From Marsupella aquatica (Eukaryota; Plantae; Marchantiophyta), in contig OZ316894.1 in assembly GCA_973895155.1 (NCBI GenBank), positions 4,550,944-4,614,943 of the forward strand: DNA of 64,000 nucleotides, in the 5' to 3' direction. The position numbers were made by a program, and so were the translations under genes. The notes beneath the pieces were generated by a model. That model saw only the letters and a program-made list of their open reading frames with translations, was not told where the DNA came from and searched no databases. The stretch's first letter is position 1, and each line of letters opens with the position of its first letter. Shown here one piece after another: positions 13,630-23,370 of the stretch.

Positions 13630-14282
13630 CCGCAACCTACAAATGGACAAAACCATTTTTACCTTGGATACATAGTGGACATTGTATTCAAAGATTGCAC
13701 TTCAACAAAGTCAAGACTCCCCTGCCTTATAGGCAGCAAGGCTTGCTACAATGGACAAAACCAAAACCTGTTCAACATAGAACGATATATGTGTGTCTTG
13801 CATGCAATATGCATGTTGTATTCACATTTCCCCCGACTTTACGATGAAGACACCCCCTGCCAAAGCCTTCCCAAATGGACAAAACTTATCGTATTACAAC
13901 ACAAAATATGATTTGTCATGTATACACTTTGCACATTGTATTCGGATTTCACACTTAGAATTTTTTTTTTCCCTCCGACTTTACTAAGATGCCCCCCTCC
14001 GAACCCTGCCCAAATGGACAAAACCTATTGTATTACAACACACATATGATTTGTCATGTATATACTTTGCACATTGTATTTGGATTTCACACTTAGAAAA
14101 AAAATGTCTCTCCCACTTTACGAAGACGCTCGCCGCCGAAGCCTGCCCAAATAATCAAAACCTTTTGTATTACAACACAAATATATATGATTTACCATGT
14201 ATACACTTTGCACGTTGTATTCAGATTTCACACTTAGAAAAAAAATTTGTCCCTTCAACTTTACGAAGACACCCCCCGCCAA
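13630..14282. repeat. Degenerate tandem array of ~110-140-bp units (about 5 copies) inside the MULE
   Basis: AATGGACAAAAC recurs near 13641, 13751, 13873, 14012 and (diverged) 14149. TATAYACTTTGCAC recurs at 13921, ~14059 and ~14200. Confidence 0.85.
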
Positions 14283-14342
14283 AGTGACGGTTCATGTTTG
14301 TATGCATTGTGGTCAATGTATACATTACAGGATACATTGATT

Positions 14343-14785
14343 TGTTGAGCATAGACGACGATCGCAACGGCAAGCCCATGAACCATCCAACGCACAATAG
14401 TCGACACAAGAGATACGTGGTTCACCTCCTTGAGGCTACGTCCACGGGAACACACAAGAGAGCTTTACTGAACTCTAAGCCCGTCGGCTATACCGAGTCT
14501 CCACAGTGTAAGCTCTCCCTATCTCTCAAGTGGCTCCATAACAATGAGCCTTGGTTCTACCTCTCCAAGCACACATGCCTCTTATGATATAGTGTGCAAC
14601 TTAGTTGTACCTAACCACATAGTTGTACCTAACCACATAGTTGTACCTAATCACGTAGTTGTACCTAACCACATAGTTGTACCTAATCACGTAGTTGTAC
14701 CTAATCACGTAGTTGTACCTAACCACGTAGTTGTACCTAACCACGTAGTTGTACCTAACCTAGACGTAAGAGTAAATACCCAACA
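14343..14785 (-). repeat. 3' LTR of copia element
   Basis: TGTTGAGCATAG...TACCCAACA, matching 20440-20882. Confidence 0.96.
14602..14760. repeat. 18-bp tandem repeat (TAGTTGTACCTAAYCACR), 8 full copies plus 1 partial, in U3 of the 3' LTR
   Basis: Directly visible; translates as VVPNH(I/V) repeats in the ORF track. Confidence 0.95.
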
Positions 14786-14786
14786 A

Positions 14787-14796
14787 TCTTCCCCTT
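14787..14796 (-). other. Polypurine tract of copia element
   Basis: AAGGGGAAGA on the minus strand, just upstream of the 3' LTR. Confidence 0.85.
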
Positions 14797-14976
14797 GACT
14801 CTGGTCTAGGGAAGAGTAATACTGCCAATGTATATGATCCCTCAGCGGGAAGTTCTGGACAAAAACCAAACCGGTTTCCCTCTCTAACTAGAGCAAACCA
14901 GAACTAAGCCGTAGCCTAATACATAGGAATGAGGAAGAGCATATATCAGTAATTACAATGAATGTTTAAGAAAACT

Positions 14977-17900
14977 CTACTTGTGATGCAATTGCAAAAC
15001 CTGCAATACGTCACGGTGTCTAGAGAAACTCTTCAAAGGAATCACTTTGGTAAATGCGTCAGCCGGGTTGAGTTTACCATCAATCTTGATTAGCTCAAAC
15101 AAATTATCAGACACAGCCTGCCTGATAAAATGGTACCTGACGTCAATGTGCTTCACTCTGCTGTCCATCACCTGGTTCACAGCAAGGTGGAGCGCACTTT
15201 GACTATCACAATGGAGCTTCACATTCCCCTGTGGCAATCCCATTTCAGTGATAAGTCTATCCAACCAAATCGCTTCCTTTGCTGCTTCTGCAGCTGCAAC
15301 ATACTCCGCTTCTGTAGTAGACTGAGCAATACACTTCTGCAAAGTAGACCTCCAACTTATGCATCCACCGCCAAGTGTGAACACGTATCCTGTTGTTGAT
15401 CTCCTTCGGTCCAAATCTTGTCCATAGTCAGAATCTACATAGCCAATCAATGATCTAGCATTCTTTGCATTCGCATCAAATAAAAGACCATGATCCACGG
15501 TACCCTTCAAGTACCTGATAATCCACTTCACTGCTTTCCAGTGTACCTTCCCTGGATTCGACATGTACCTGCTCACCTTGCCCATAGCCATGGCAAGATC
15601 AGGTCTAGTGCAAGTCATCAAATACATGAGACTCCCCACTGCCTTGTCATATGGAACCTTTGACATCAACCCCTTCTCTGTGTCATCCGTAGGACAGAAC
15701 GCTGATGATAACTTGAAGTGTGGAGCCAACGGGGTACTTACTGGCTTGCTATTCTCCATGTTGAACCTTGCAATTACCTTCCTCGCATAACTGCTCTGCG
15801 TCAACCATAGCTTGCCAGCCTCCAAGTCCCTAGTGATCTCCATACCCAAAATCCTCTTAGCTGGCCCTAAGTCCTTCATCTTAAACTCTGCACTAAGCAG
15901 TGCCTTGAGCTTAACAATCTCAGACCTATCCTTGGCTGCAATTAGCATGTCATCCACATAAAGTACTAAAATAATGAACCCAAAGACAACATTCTTCACC
16001 GGTTTCAAATACACACAAGGGTCAAATACACTTCTATGAAAACCTTGTGACCGAATCCAATCGTCAAACCGCTTGTTCCACTGTCTTGGTGACTGCTTCA
16101 ACCCATACAAGGATTTCAGCAATCTGCAAACCAATTCCTCCTGTCCTCTCTTCACAAAACCTAGCGGTTGTCTCATGAAGATCACCTCTTCCAATGTGCC
16201 ATAGAGGAAAGCTGTGACAACATCCATCTGATCTAGGAGCAGACCAAACATTACAACAAGTACACACAATAGTCGTATTGTAGAGTACTTAGCAACTGGT
16301 GAGAAGACCTCATTGTAATCCACACCTTTCTCTTGTGTGAATCCCTTTGCTACCAATCTAGCCTTGTAGACCTTCGATCCACCTCCTATGGAATTATCCT
16401 TCAGCTTGTAAATCCACTTGCTGTCCACCACTTGCTGACCCTTAGGCAGCTTAACAAGCTCCCAAGTTTTGTTGTCCTTTAGTGACTGCATCTCCGTTTG
16501 CATTGCTGCAGTCCACTTCTGCTTCTCTTTTGAAGCACTTGCCTCATGAAATGAAGAAGGTTCTCCTTCTTCCAAAATTAACGCATCACCCTCATCATCA
16601 GCTGTAAAATCATCCTCTTGCAGTTGAGATGAATCAACCCACTGTCCATACCTTGATGGAGCGCGTACAGTGCGACCAGATGTTCTTCTAGCCGATGACT
16701 CCGGTTGATCTGCGTGTGCTGGTACAATTTGAAGCTCAACAGCATCCACTTGTTGCTCACCAGCATCAACAAACTCCTCTGGTTCCTCTGGCATAGGAAC
16801 CAGCTCCATAATTGGAGCAACTCCTTCTCTCCGGTCATGCACCTCATAACCAATCTCCCCCTCAACGAGATCCGGGATAGGAGATTTTCCTTTGTCAGTA
16901 CGGGAGACCTGAGTATTCTCCCCCTCCTTCAATAATCTGGATTCATTGAAGGAAACATCCCTACTGACAACGAGCTTACAGGCAATAGGATCCCATAGCC
17001 TATAGGCTTTCACACCACTCTGGTACCCAAGAAAAACACATTTCCTGGAGGTAGGATCCAACTTGGTCCTATTCTGCTTTGGTGTGAGAGCATATGCATC
17101 ACTTCCAAAAATTACCAAGCCATGATAGTCTGCTTGCCGCTTATAGCGCATCTCAAATGGCGTTTTGAAATTGATAGCACTAGAAGGAGAAAGATTTACC
17201 AAATAAGCTGCGATATTGACAGCTTCTGCCCAAAATTCTTGTGGTAAACCTGATTGGCTCAACATACTCCGTGACCGCTCCAACAGTGTCCGATTGAGCC
17301 TCTCAGCGACACCATTCTGCTGCGGAGTATAAACTGTGGTGAGATGGCGAGTTATCCCCTGTTCTGAACAGTACTCTTCAAATTCCATTGAAGTGTACTC
17401 CCCGCCGTTGTCTGACCTCAGACTCTTCATCCTTGTATCCAAACACTTGATCGTGTTTCCAGTCTGATTCTCCACCTGGGCCTTCCACTTCTTAAAAATG
17501 GACAAGACATCAGACTTATGCGTCATGAAATAAATCCACACAAATCTTGAGTAATCATCAATAAATGATACATAGTACAACTTTCCAGAGTGTGAGGGAG
17601 TCGGGGATGGACCCCACACGTCACTATGTATGTACTCAAGAACCGCTTTGGAACGATGAGTTCCAACACCAAAAGCACGACGATGCTGCTTTCCAAGAAT
17701 GCAATGCTCACAAAACTCTAATTTATAAGATTGCAAATCAGAAATGAGTCCATTCTTCCGTAAGATAGCCAAACCCTTCTCACTCATGTGGCCTAGCCGT
17801 GAATGCCACAGTTGAGTCATCTCCTCGTGAGACTTGGTTACATTGGCCTCTCCACATACAGTATTGCCCTGTAACACATACAAATTCTTTTGTCTACTCC

Positions 17901-18249
17901 CCTTCAAAATCACTGTCTCTCCCGACCTGACTTGAAGTTCACCATCAATAACGCTCCATTGATGACCATTTGAATCCAACACACCGAGTGAAATCAGATT
18001 CTTACGCATGCCAGGTACATACCTGACTCCGGACACTGTGCGCACAGCGCCATCAAACATTTGAATCTTCACAGACCCAATTCCCTCAATTTGACAGGAG
18101 TGATCATTTCCCATCAGAACTGAACCGTTTGAAACAGAGTAAGAACTGAAAAACTCACGAATGTAACAAATATGAAAAGAGCAAGCACAATCAAGAATCC
18201 ACACATCATCTGCTCTCCTAGATGACGTGCACAGGGCATACCCCCGGCT
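14977..18249 (-). CDS. pol: Copia Pol (protease, GAG-pre-integrase, integrase, reverse transcriptase, RNase H)
   Basis: WILDCACSFHIC (PR), LWHSRLGHMS...CEHC, IHSDVWGP...LRSDNGGEY...QQNGVAERLNRTL (IN), YKARLVAKGF, LYGLKQSPRQW, LYVDDMLI (RT), YVDSDY...RRSTTGYVF, KHIDVRYHFIR (RNase H). Uninterrupted and in the same frame as gag. Confidence 0.95.
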   Translation of the reverse strand, partial: SRGYALCTSSRRADDVWILDCACSFHICYIREFFSSYSVSNGSVLMGNDHSCQIEGIGSVKIQMFDGAVRTVSGVRYVPGMRKNLISLGVLDSNGHQWSVIDGELQVRSGETVILKGSRQKNLYVLQGNTVCGEANVTKSHEEMTQLWHSRLGHMSEKGLAILRKNGLISDLQSYKLEFCEHCILGKQHRRAFGVGTHRSKAVLEYIHSDVWGPSPTPSHSGKLYYVSFIDDYSRFVWIYFMTHKSDVLSIFKKWKAQVENQTGNTIKCLDTRMKSLRSDNGGEYTSMEFEEYCSEQGITRHLTTVYTPQQNGVAERLNRTLLERSRSMLSQSGLPQEFWAEAVNIAAYLVNLSPSSAINFKTPFEMRYKRQADYHGLVIFGSDAYALTPKQNRTKLDPTSRKCVFLGYQSGVKAYRLWDPIACKLVVSRDVSFNESRLLKEGENTQVSRTDKGKSPIPDLVEGEIGYEVHDRREGVAPIMELVPMPEEPEEFVDAGEQQVDAVELQIVPAHADQPESSARRTSGRTVRAPSRYGQWVDSSQLQEDDFTADDEGDALILEEGEPSSFHEASASKEKQKWTAAMQTEMQSLKDNKTWELVKLPKGQQVVDSKWIYKLKDNSIGGGSKVYKARLVAKGFTQEKGVDYNEVFSPVAKYSTIRLLCVLVVMFGLLLDQMDVVTAFLYGTLEEVIFMRQPLGFVKRGQEELVCRLLKSLYGLKQSPRQWNKRFDDWIRSQGFHRSVFDPCVYLKPVKNVVFGFIILVLYVDDMLIAAKDRSEIVKLKALLSAEFKMKDLGPAKRILGMEITRDLEAGKLWLTQSSYARKVIARFNMENSKPVSTPLAPHFKLSSAFCPTDDTEKGLMSKVPYDKAVGSLMYLMTCTRPDLAMAMGKVSRYMSNPGKVHWKAVKWIIRYLKGTVDHGLLFDANAKNARSLIGYVDSDYGQDLDRRRSTTGYVFTLGGGCISWRSTLQKCIAQSTTEAEYVAAAEAAKEAIWLDRLITEMGLPQGNVKLHCDSQSALHLAVNQVMDSRVKHIDVRYHFIRQAVSDNLFELIKIDGKLNPADAFTKVIPLKSFSRHRDVLQVLQLHHK

Positions 18250-19239
18250 TCATAAAACATACTCATCATTGAGTAAATCAGCTTCTCCATCAGCCCTAGC
18301 CACATTTGCCGATGAAGTTTCCGCTGCCTTTCCCTTACAGTCTCGCTTGAAGTGTCCAACTTGGTTGCACTTCCAACATGTCACCTGCCTCCTCTGAGGG
18401 GATTTACCCTTGGACTTAGATCTGGATTTAGATCTAAACTGGGTTCTACGGTCCCCAGTTGGTCGCTGCATACTCCTCCCACGGTTAACATTGAGGGCAG
18501 CACCAGATGATGAAGGCTGTGACGTGATGTGCATCTTCTGCTGAAGATCATCACTAAGCAGAGAACTTACCACGTCATTGTATGAAATGGTATCCCTATC
18601 ACGATGCAACAACACTCGTGATAGGGACTGGTAAGATGGAGGCAATGAACTAAGAAGCTGCAAAGCCTTCGTCTCATCATTCAAAGTCTCCCCAAGGTTT
18701 TCCAAGTCAACGACCATGTCGTTGAAAGCATCCACATGGTCTTGCAACTTCGTACCAGATTCCTTCATCCTGAAACTCATCAGTTTGTAGGAAGTGTAGA
18801 GCCGGTTCGACAACTCCTTGCGGTGATACTTGCTCTGCAATTCCGCAAATAAGGACATGCAATCCTTATGTGCACCCAACTGCTTGATGATGGGAGGCAT
18901 GAGATAGAGTGTAACACACCACACTCCCTGCTCCTGCATGCGGTCCCATTGTTTCTCATCAACATCGTCTTCACGAGGGCTCAGCAGTTGGCCCATCCCT
19001 GACGCATAAAGCACTCCCTTCACCTGCTTCTCCCATAGCAAGTAGTCAGAGCGCCCATCATACTTTGTCACTTCATACTTGGGTCCCCAAGCTTGAAAGT
19101 CCCCATCTTCTTCTTTACCGTGAGCTCCGGTAGTAGTACTGCTTCCTCCACCACACGCCGCACCGGTGATGGTATCGGTGTCACGTGCTCTTCCTCCTGC
19201 TCCTCTCTCTGCCCCTGAAACCTCCGCGGTGACCCTCAT
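18250..19239 (-). CDS. gag: Copia Gag
   Basis: KYDGRSDYLLWEKQVKGVL, ALQLLSSLPPSY, zinc knuckle CWKCNQVGHFKRDC. Ends at an in-frame TGA immediately before pol. Confidence 0.93.
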   Translation of the reverse strand: MRVTAEVSGAERGAGGRARDTDTITGAACGGGSSTTTGAHGKEEDGDFQAWGPKYEVTKYDGRSDYLLWEKQVKGVLYASGMGQLLSPREDDVDEKQWDRMQEQGVWCVTLYLMPPIIKQLGAHKDCMSLFAELQSKYHRKELSNRLYTSYKLMSFRMKESGTKLQDHVDAFNDMVVDLENLGETLNDETKALQLLSSLPPSYQSLSRVLLHRDRDTISYNDVVSSLLSDDLQQKMHITSQPSSSGAALNVNRGRSMQRPTGDRRTQFRSKSRSKSKGKSPQRRQVTCWKCNQVGHFKRDCKGKAAETSSANVARADGEADLLNDEYVL

Positions 19240-20425
19240 GCTTCAAGTTCCACGTCTTCAAAAAACTCCTCCGAATCACTCATATGAGAAAGTCACAAAA
19301 AATGTTGTTTTTCACAACTTCTCAAAAAACTCGAAACTCAACACCGCCGCGTAGCCCACAAAGCTAGGAGTCCAATACTGAAAACCGAAATCAAAATCGA
19401 AATTTGACGGAAAAGTTATTCAAATTTCGGTCGAGGTGGGTAAAACCTTGGGAAACTCCCCCGTTTTGACCACCTCAGGGAATAACCAAAATACCAAGTA
19501 CAACCCGTTGTCGGAATTGCGATGTGATTGGTGCGCTGCATTGCCAACTTCAATGGCTACGACCTCGCCGAAAAATAACCAAAAAAGTTACCGTTCGGCG
19601 GATGAAATCTTTGTCGGACGGTCAAAAAATAGCTCTCTGGTTTTTTGGAATATTCTATGACCCTTGTACAGGCCCTGTGGGAATTTTGGAAGAACAATCG
19701 AGGGGCTGACATGTGTCCTCGAACCCCCAAAACCCCCTACCACCCTTCGTCGTCGAAATCTGGTCGCGCGCGCAGAAAATACACACGGCAGAATGTACCC
19801 CTCGACACCAAACGCAAGATATCTCACTCGGGTTTTGACTAAATCAAGATCCGATTTCAGATTTGGAAACTAGACTCCGAGGTGATGAAGATCGATATAA
19901 GAAGCACCCAAAACGAGGAAAGAACGAGGGAGAAAAAAATTGGTAAAGATGACAGATTTCTCTCAATTGCCATAGCCAATTTCGAATCAGTTTTTCAAAG
20001 AGAAAAAAAAATGGTACCTTGTCAACAACGAATGTTGATCAATTGCACTTGGTGCCGTCACCAAGTCCAACAAGGTAATTGATTTTGCTTAGCCTTCCTC
20101 TTTGCATCAAAGAGCCAATCCCGGACTCAAAAACAATCGTCTTGCCTCAATCTCTCCGTTGAGTCAAAACACTTGACGCTTCTCCCTCTGAGTCGATTGC
20201 CAACTTTCTTCACAAAATCCAGAACGACGAAAACTTAGATCTCTCTGCACCACGAGCTCCGTTCAACGATTTCTTCACACCGTTAGAAAGCTCTTGCCCT
20301 GATCTATCCGTTGAGCCCATAAACTCCAAGTTCAATGCGATGGAACTCTGGAAAATCCACCAACACTCAACGCTGGAAAAACCGTCATGAAATCCCGTCA
20401 CGAACACACGTCACCTCCCAAGCAT

Positions 20426-20437
20426 GCTCTGATACCA
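20426..20437 (-). other. Primer binding site (initiator Met tRNA)
   Basis: TGGTATCAGAGC on the minus strand, 2 nt from the 5' LTR. Confidence 0.95.
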
Positions 20438-20439
20438 AT

Positions 20440-20882
20440 TGTTGAGCATAGACGACGATCGCAACGGCAAGCCCATGAACCATCCAACGCACAATAGTCG
20501 ACACAAGAGATACGTGGTTCACCTCCTTGAGGCTACGTCCACGGGAACACACAAGAGAGCTTTACTGAACTCTAAGCCCGTCGGCTATACCGAGTCTCCA
20601 CAGTGTAAGCTCTCCCTATCTCTCAAGTGGCTCCATAACAATGAGCCTTGGTTCTACCTCTCCAAGCACACATGCCTCTTATGATATAGTGTGCAACTTA
20701 GTTGTACCTAACCACATAGTTGTACCTAACCACATAGTTGTACCTAATCACGTAGTTGTACCTAACCACATAGTTGTACCTAATCACGTAGTTGTACCTA
20801 ATCACGTAGTTGTACCTAACCACGTAGTTGTACCTAACCACGTAGTTGTACCTAACCTAGACGTAAGAGTAAATACCCAACA
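20440..20882 (-). repeat. 5' LTR of copia element (same 18-bp array at 20699-20857)
   Basis: Matches 14343-14785. Confidence 0.96.
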
Positions 20883-22650
20883 TGATTCACTCGGAACTGC
20901 GATCGTAGTCGATCGCATTCGGAGACGCGATTGGACACTGAAGCACAGTAGAACATGCTGTGTTTTACAGTGACAATCTCGCGTTATAAAAACTGCACAA
21001 TGTGTTAGAAGAACATCTCACATGAAATGACACCTCTGGTGGGCCCGGAGGTTCATTGGGAGGGCGTGTGCAACTTTTGGTCCATTAAGAGAAAAAGTTG
21101 CATTTGGAGGTCCACTAAGTTGATCTCTCTTCTTACCTAATCAAAATGAACTCATGAACCCGTCTATGTTGGTGGTCCTCTAGACTTGTTTTTTAGCTTG
21201 GGGTCTTGGGTTCTTTGCCCTTGCATTTTTCTGTAAGTGCAATTGGCCACCTCATCGGCCGAGGGGAAGGGGCTCTTGGGTTTGCTATTACTGGAATTGG
21301 TCTCTTCAGGTTTGGTTGGTCTATTTAAAAACGTGGCACCAAAACTAAGGACCATCTACTAAATGTGAAGAGGTTTCAGGTCAGTTTGCCTGCATTCCAT
21401 TGAGCTGAGAATCATGCAGTGGTGCTGCTGGGAGATATAACATGTTCATCCTGGAACATGCCTCTTTTTTTGTCTTGTAGTGACAAGTAGTTCATTTTAT
21501 GATAAAAGAAGTGAGTACATGTAAAGTATATGCCAAGAAATCAATATCTGTTAATTAAGAATGAGTGACATAACACACAAAACCATAAGTACACATGCAA
21601 AGAAAAACATATTATAACCAGGAAAGTACATATTTTCACTTACTTCTAGGTAATGACAGTCAACTCAATTAAAACCATAAATTTTGTAGAGGAAAGCGTT
21701 AGGGGAACTTAGTATACCCCATGTGCATACTTTTCAAATTCTTCTCTCACTCTCATGAGAAAAAAGAGAATTCTCTAAGGAGTGATTGAACAGGAAAGAT
21801 TAAACATTTATGAGGGGAGTCAATACATTCAAAATACTCCAAGTTCCACTAAAATGAAAAGGGGTCCAAAAGTTAATCAAAATCAAAATAATACAAATGA
21901 TTCACCTAGTTAAGGCACATTAAAATAAAAATACTAGACACAGAATCTTAAGACAAAATTTGAAAGGTGGATTCACCATTATAGTAACTTCATAATTGTA
22001 TGGTGCTGGGAGATTTGACCTCTCACAATCTTTCTTTGTGACCCTCATTCCAACTTACATATCTATGTCTCCCATAATTTGAGATTTGAGATTTTTTTTT
22101 CTTTTCCCTCTCCCTGATAGAGTCTATTTCTTTGCAAACGCACTGGTACATGGCACTTTTTGGTCCACAATTATGTGTTAACTGACACATTGCTCATGGA
22201 AAACACCTTGAATGCAACCAATTTTATATTTTCTTTCCTCAGGAGATGGCAGGGAGGGAAAGGGGGAAAGTGGAGGGACATGGGGAGGGAAGGAAAAATA
22301 ACAATGGGACGGGGAGACAAAAGGGGGATAATCATTTTTTCCTCCGGCCCCTTACACCTTCACCTGCCTTGCCCTAATATGTAAATCAGACTCTCTCTAG
22401 CTGTGAGTCTTTCTTCAACTCTTCTAGACGTATACTTCTTCTATCCCTTCCTTTCAACTTGCAATCATCCTGCATCATTGGACAACCTCTGCTTTTACCT
22501 TGCAATCATTCACTGCAAATGACAAAATTATCACAACTGCCTGGCCACAACAACAATTCTGGGATACGCGGGTGTTGGATTGCGCCTTTGGGATAGTGTC
22601 TCCAAGTTGGGTGCTTTCTTTTCCGGCACTGTGATCTAATTATATCAGCC

Positions 22651-22871
22651 TTTAATTACTTTGTCACCAAAGTAGCCTGAGATTACAATACTGTCAATGC
22701 TTTTATATTTACAATAGTGCCATGGTTTTAATACATTACAACAAACAAGGTTGCCTGGAAAACAAGTTCACCAAGGTAACCATATGCAAAAACCATGGGA
22801 GTATTCTAAGCACAAAAAAAGAGAGTTATAATATTATAATTTAGGGCAACTCTAGTGGCAATGTAATTAAA
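22651..22871. mobile_element. Degenerate fold-back MITE upstream of RPN1
   Basis: Left TTTAATTACTTTGTCACCAAAGTAGCC vs right revcomp TTTAATTACATTGCCACTAGAGTTGCC, with an inner inverted CCATGGTTTT / AAAACCATGG. Confidence 0.55.
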
Positions 22872-23370
22872 TGTAATCAAAAACTGATTATTATTATATT
22901 GTTCTTAGTTCTTCTATCCTCACCAAATCAAGTTTCGTCCTACCCTCCGCAAGGATTAGCCGTCCTTCCCAGCCCCAGAGTCCCAGACGCTGCCCTTCGC
23001 AAGGATTTATGCGGTATCTCACGCCTCAGTTACGAATACTCAACGATAAGCAAGACGACAGAAATTGATCGACAGAGAGAAGTGAAGTGAGAGAGAAGTG
23101 AAGTGCGGACAATTTGTGGAATTCTTCCATTCATCAGCGGAAGAAAGAGAGGCAGAGGAGATTTCGCGGAGGGAAAGCTCGACCTACGGTTTCTGCTCAT
23201 CGTGTCTCTGTCTGGAACATTCGTTGGCGCGGCGATAGTTTTTCCTCGTGCAAGTTTCTGGAATTCTTTCATTCGTCAGCGGAGAAAGAGAGAGGCAGCG
23301 AGATAGGTTTTGGGAGCGAGTTGTGGGAAGTTCGGAGTTGGACTGGCGAGTTGGACTGAGGAAGGAAATT

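Larger units (their letters stand above)
14343..20882 (-). mobile_element. Full-length Ty1/copia LTR retrotransposon (6540 bp), very recent insertion
   Basis: Two 443-bp TG...CA LTRs that read identical, 5-bp TSD TGATT (14338-14342 and 20883-20887), Met-tRNAi PBS, PPT, and gag-PR-IN-RT-RNaseH domain order. Confidence 0.97.
10206..21129. mobile_element. Mutator-like element (MULE), non-autonomous, interrupted by a copia insertion
   Basis: TIRs: left GAGATATATACTTAGTGGACCTCCAAATGCAACTTTTTCTCTTAATGGACCAAAAG; right (revcomp) GAGAGATCAACTTAGTGGACCTCCAAATGCAACTTTTTCTCTTAATGGACCAAAAG. 10-bp TSD TTCTTACCTA at 10196-10205 and 21130-21139. No MuDRA DDE transposase recognised inside. Confidence 0.88.

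Noticed and set aside
14544-14798. ORF with VVPNH repeats (also 20641-20973), and a CRISPR-like look of the array
   Set aside because: It is the translation of the 18-bp LTR tandem repeat. The units are contiguous with no unique spacers, there are no cas genes, and the context is eukaryotic.
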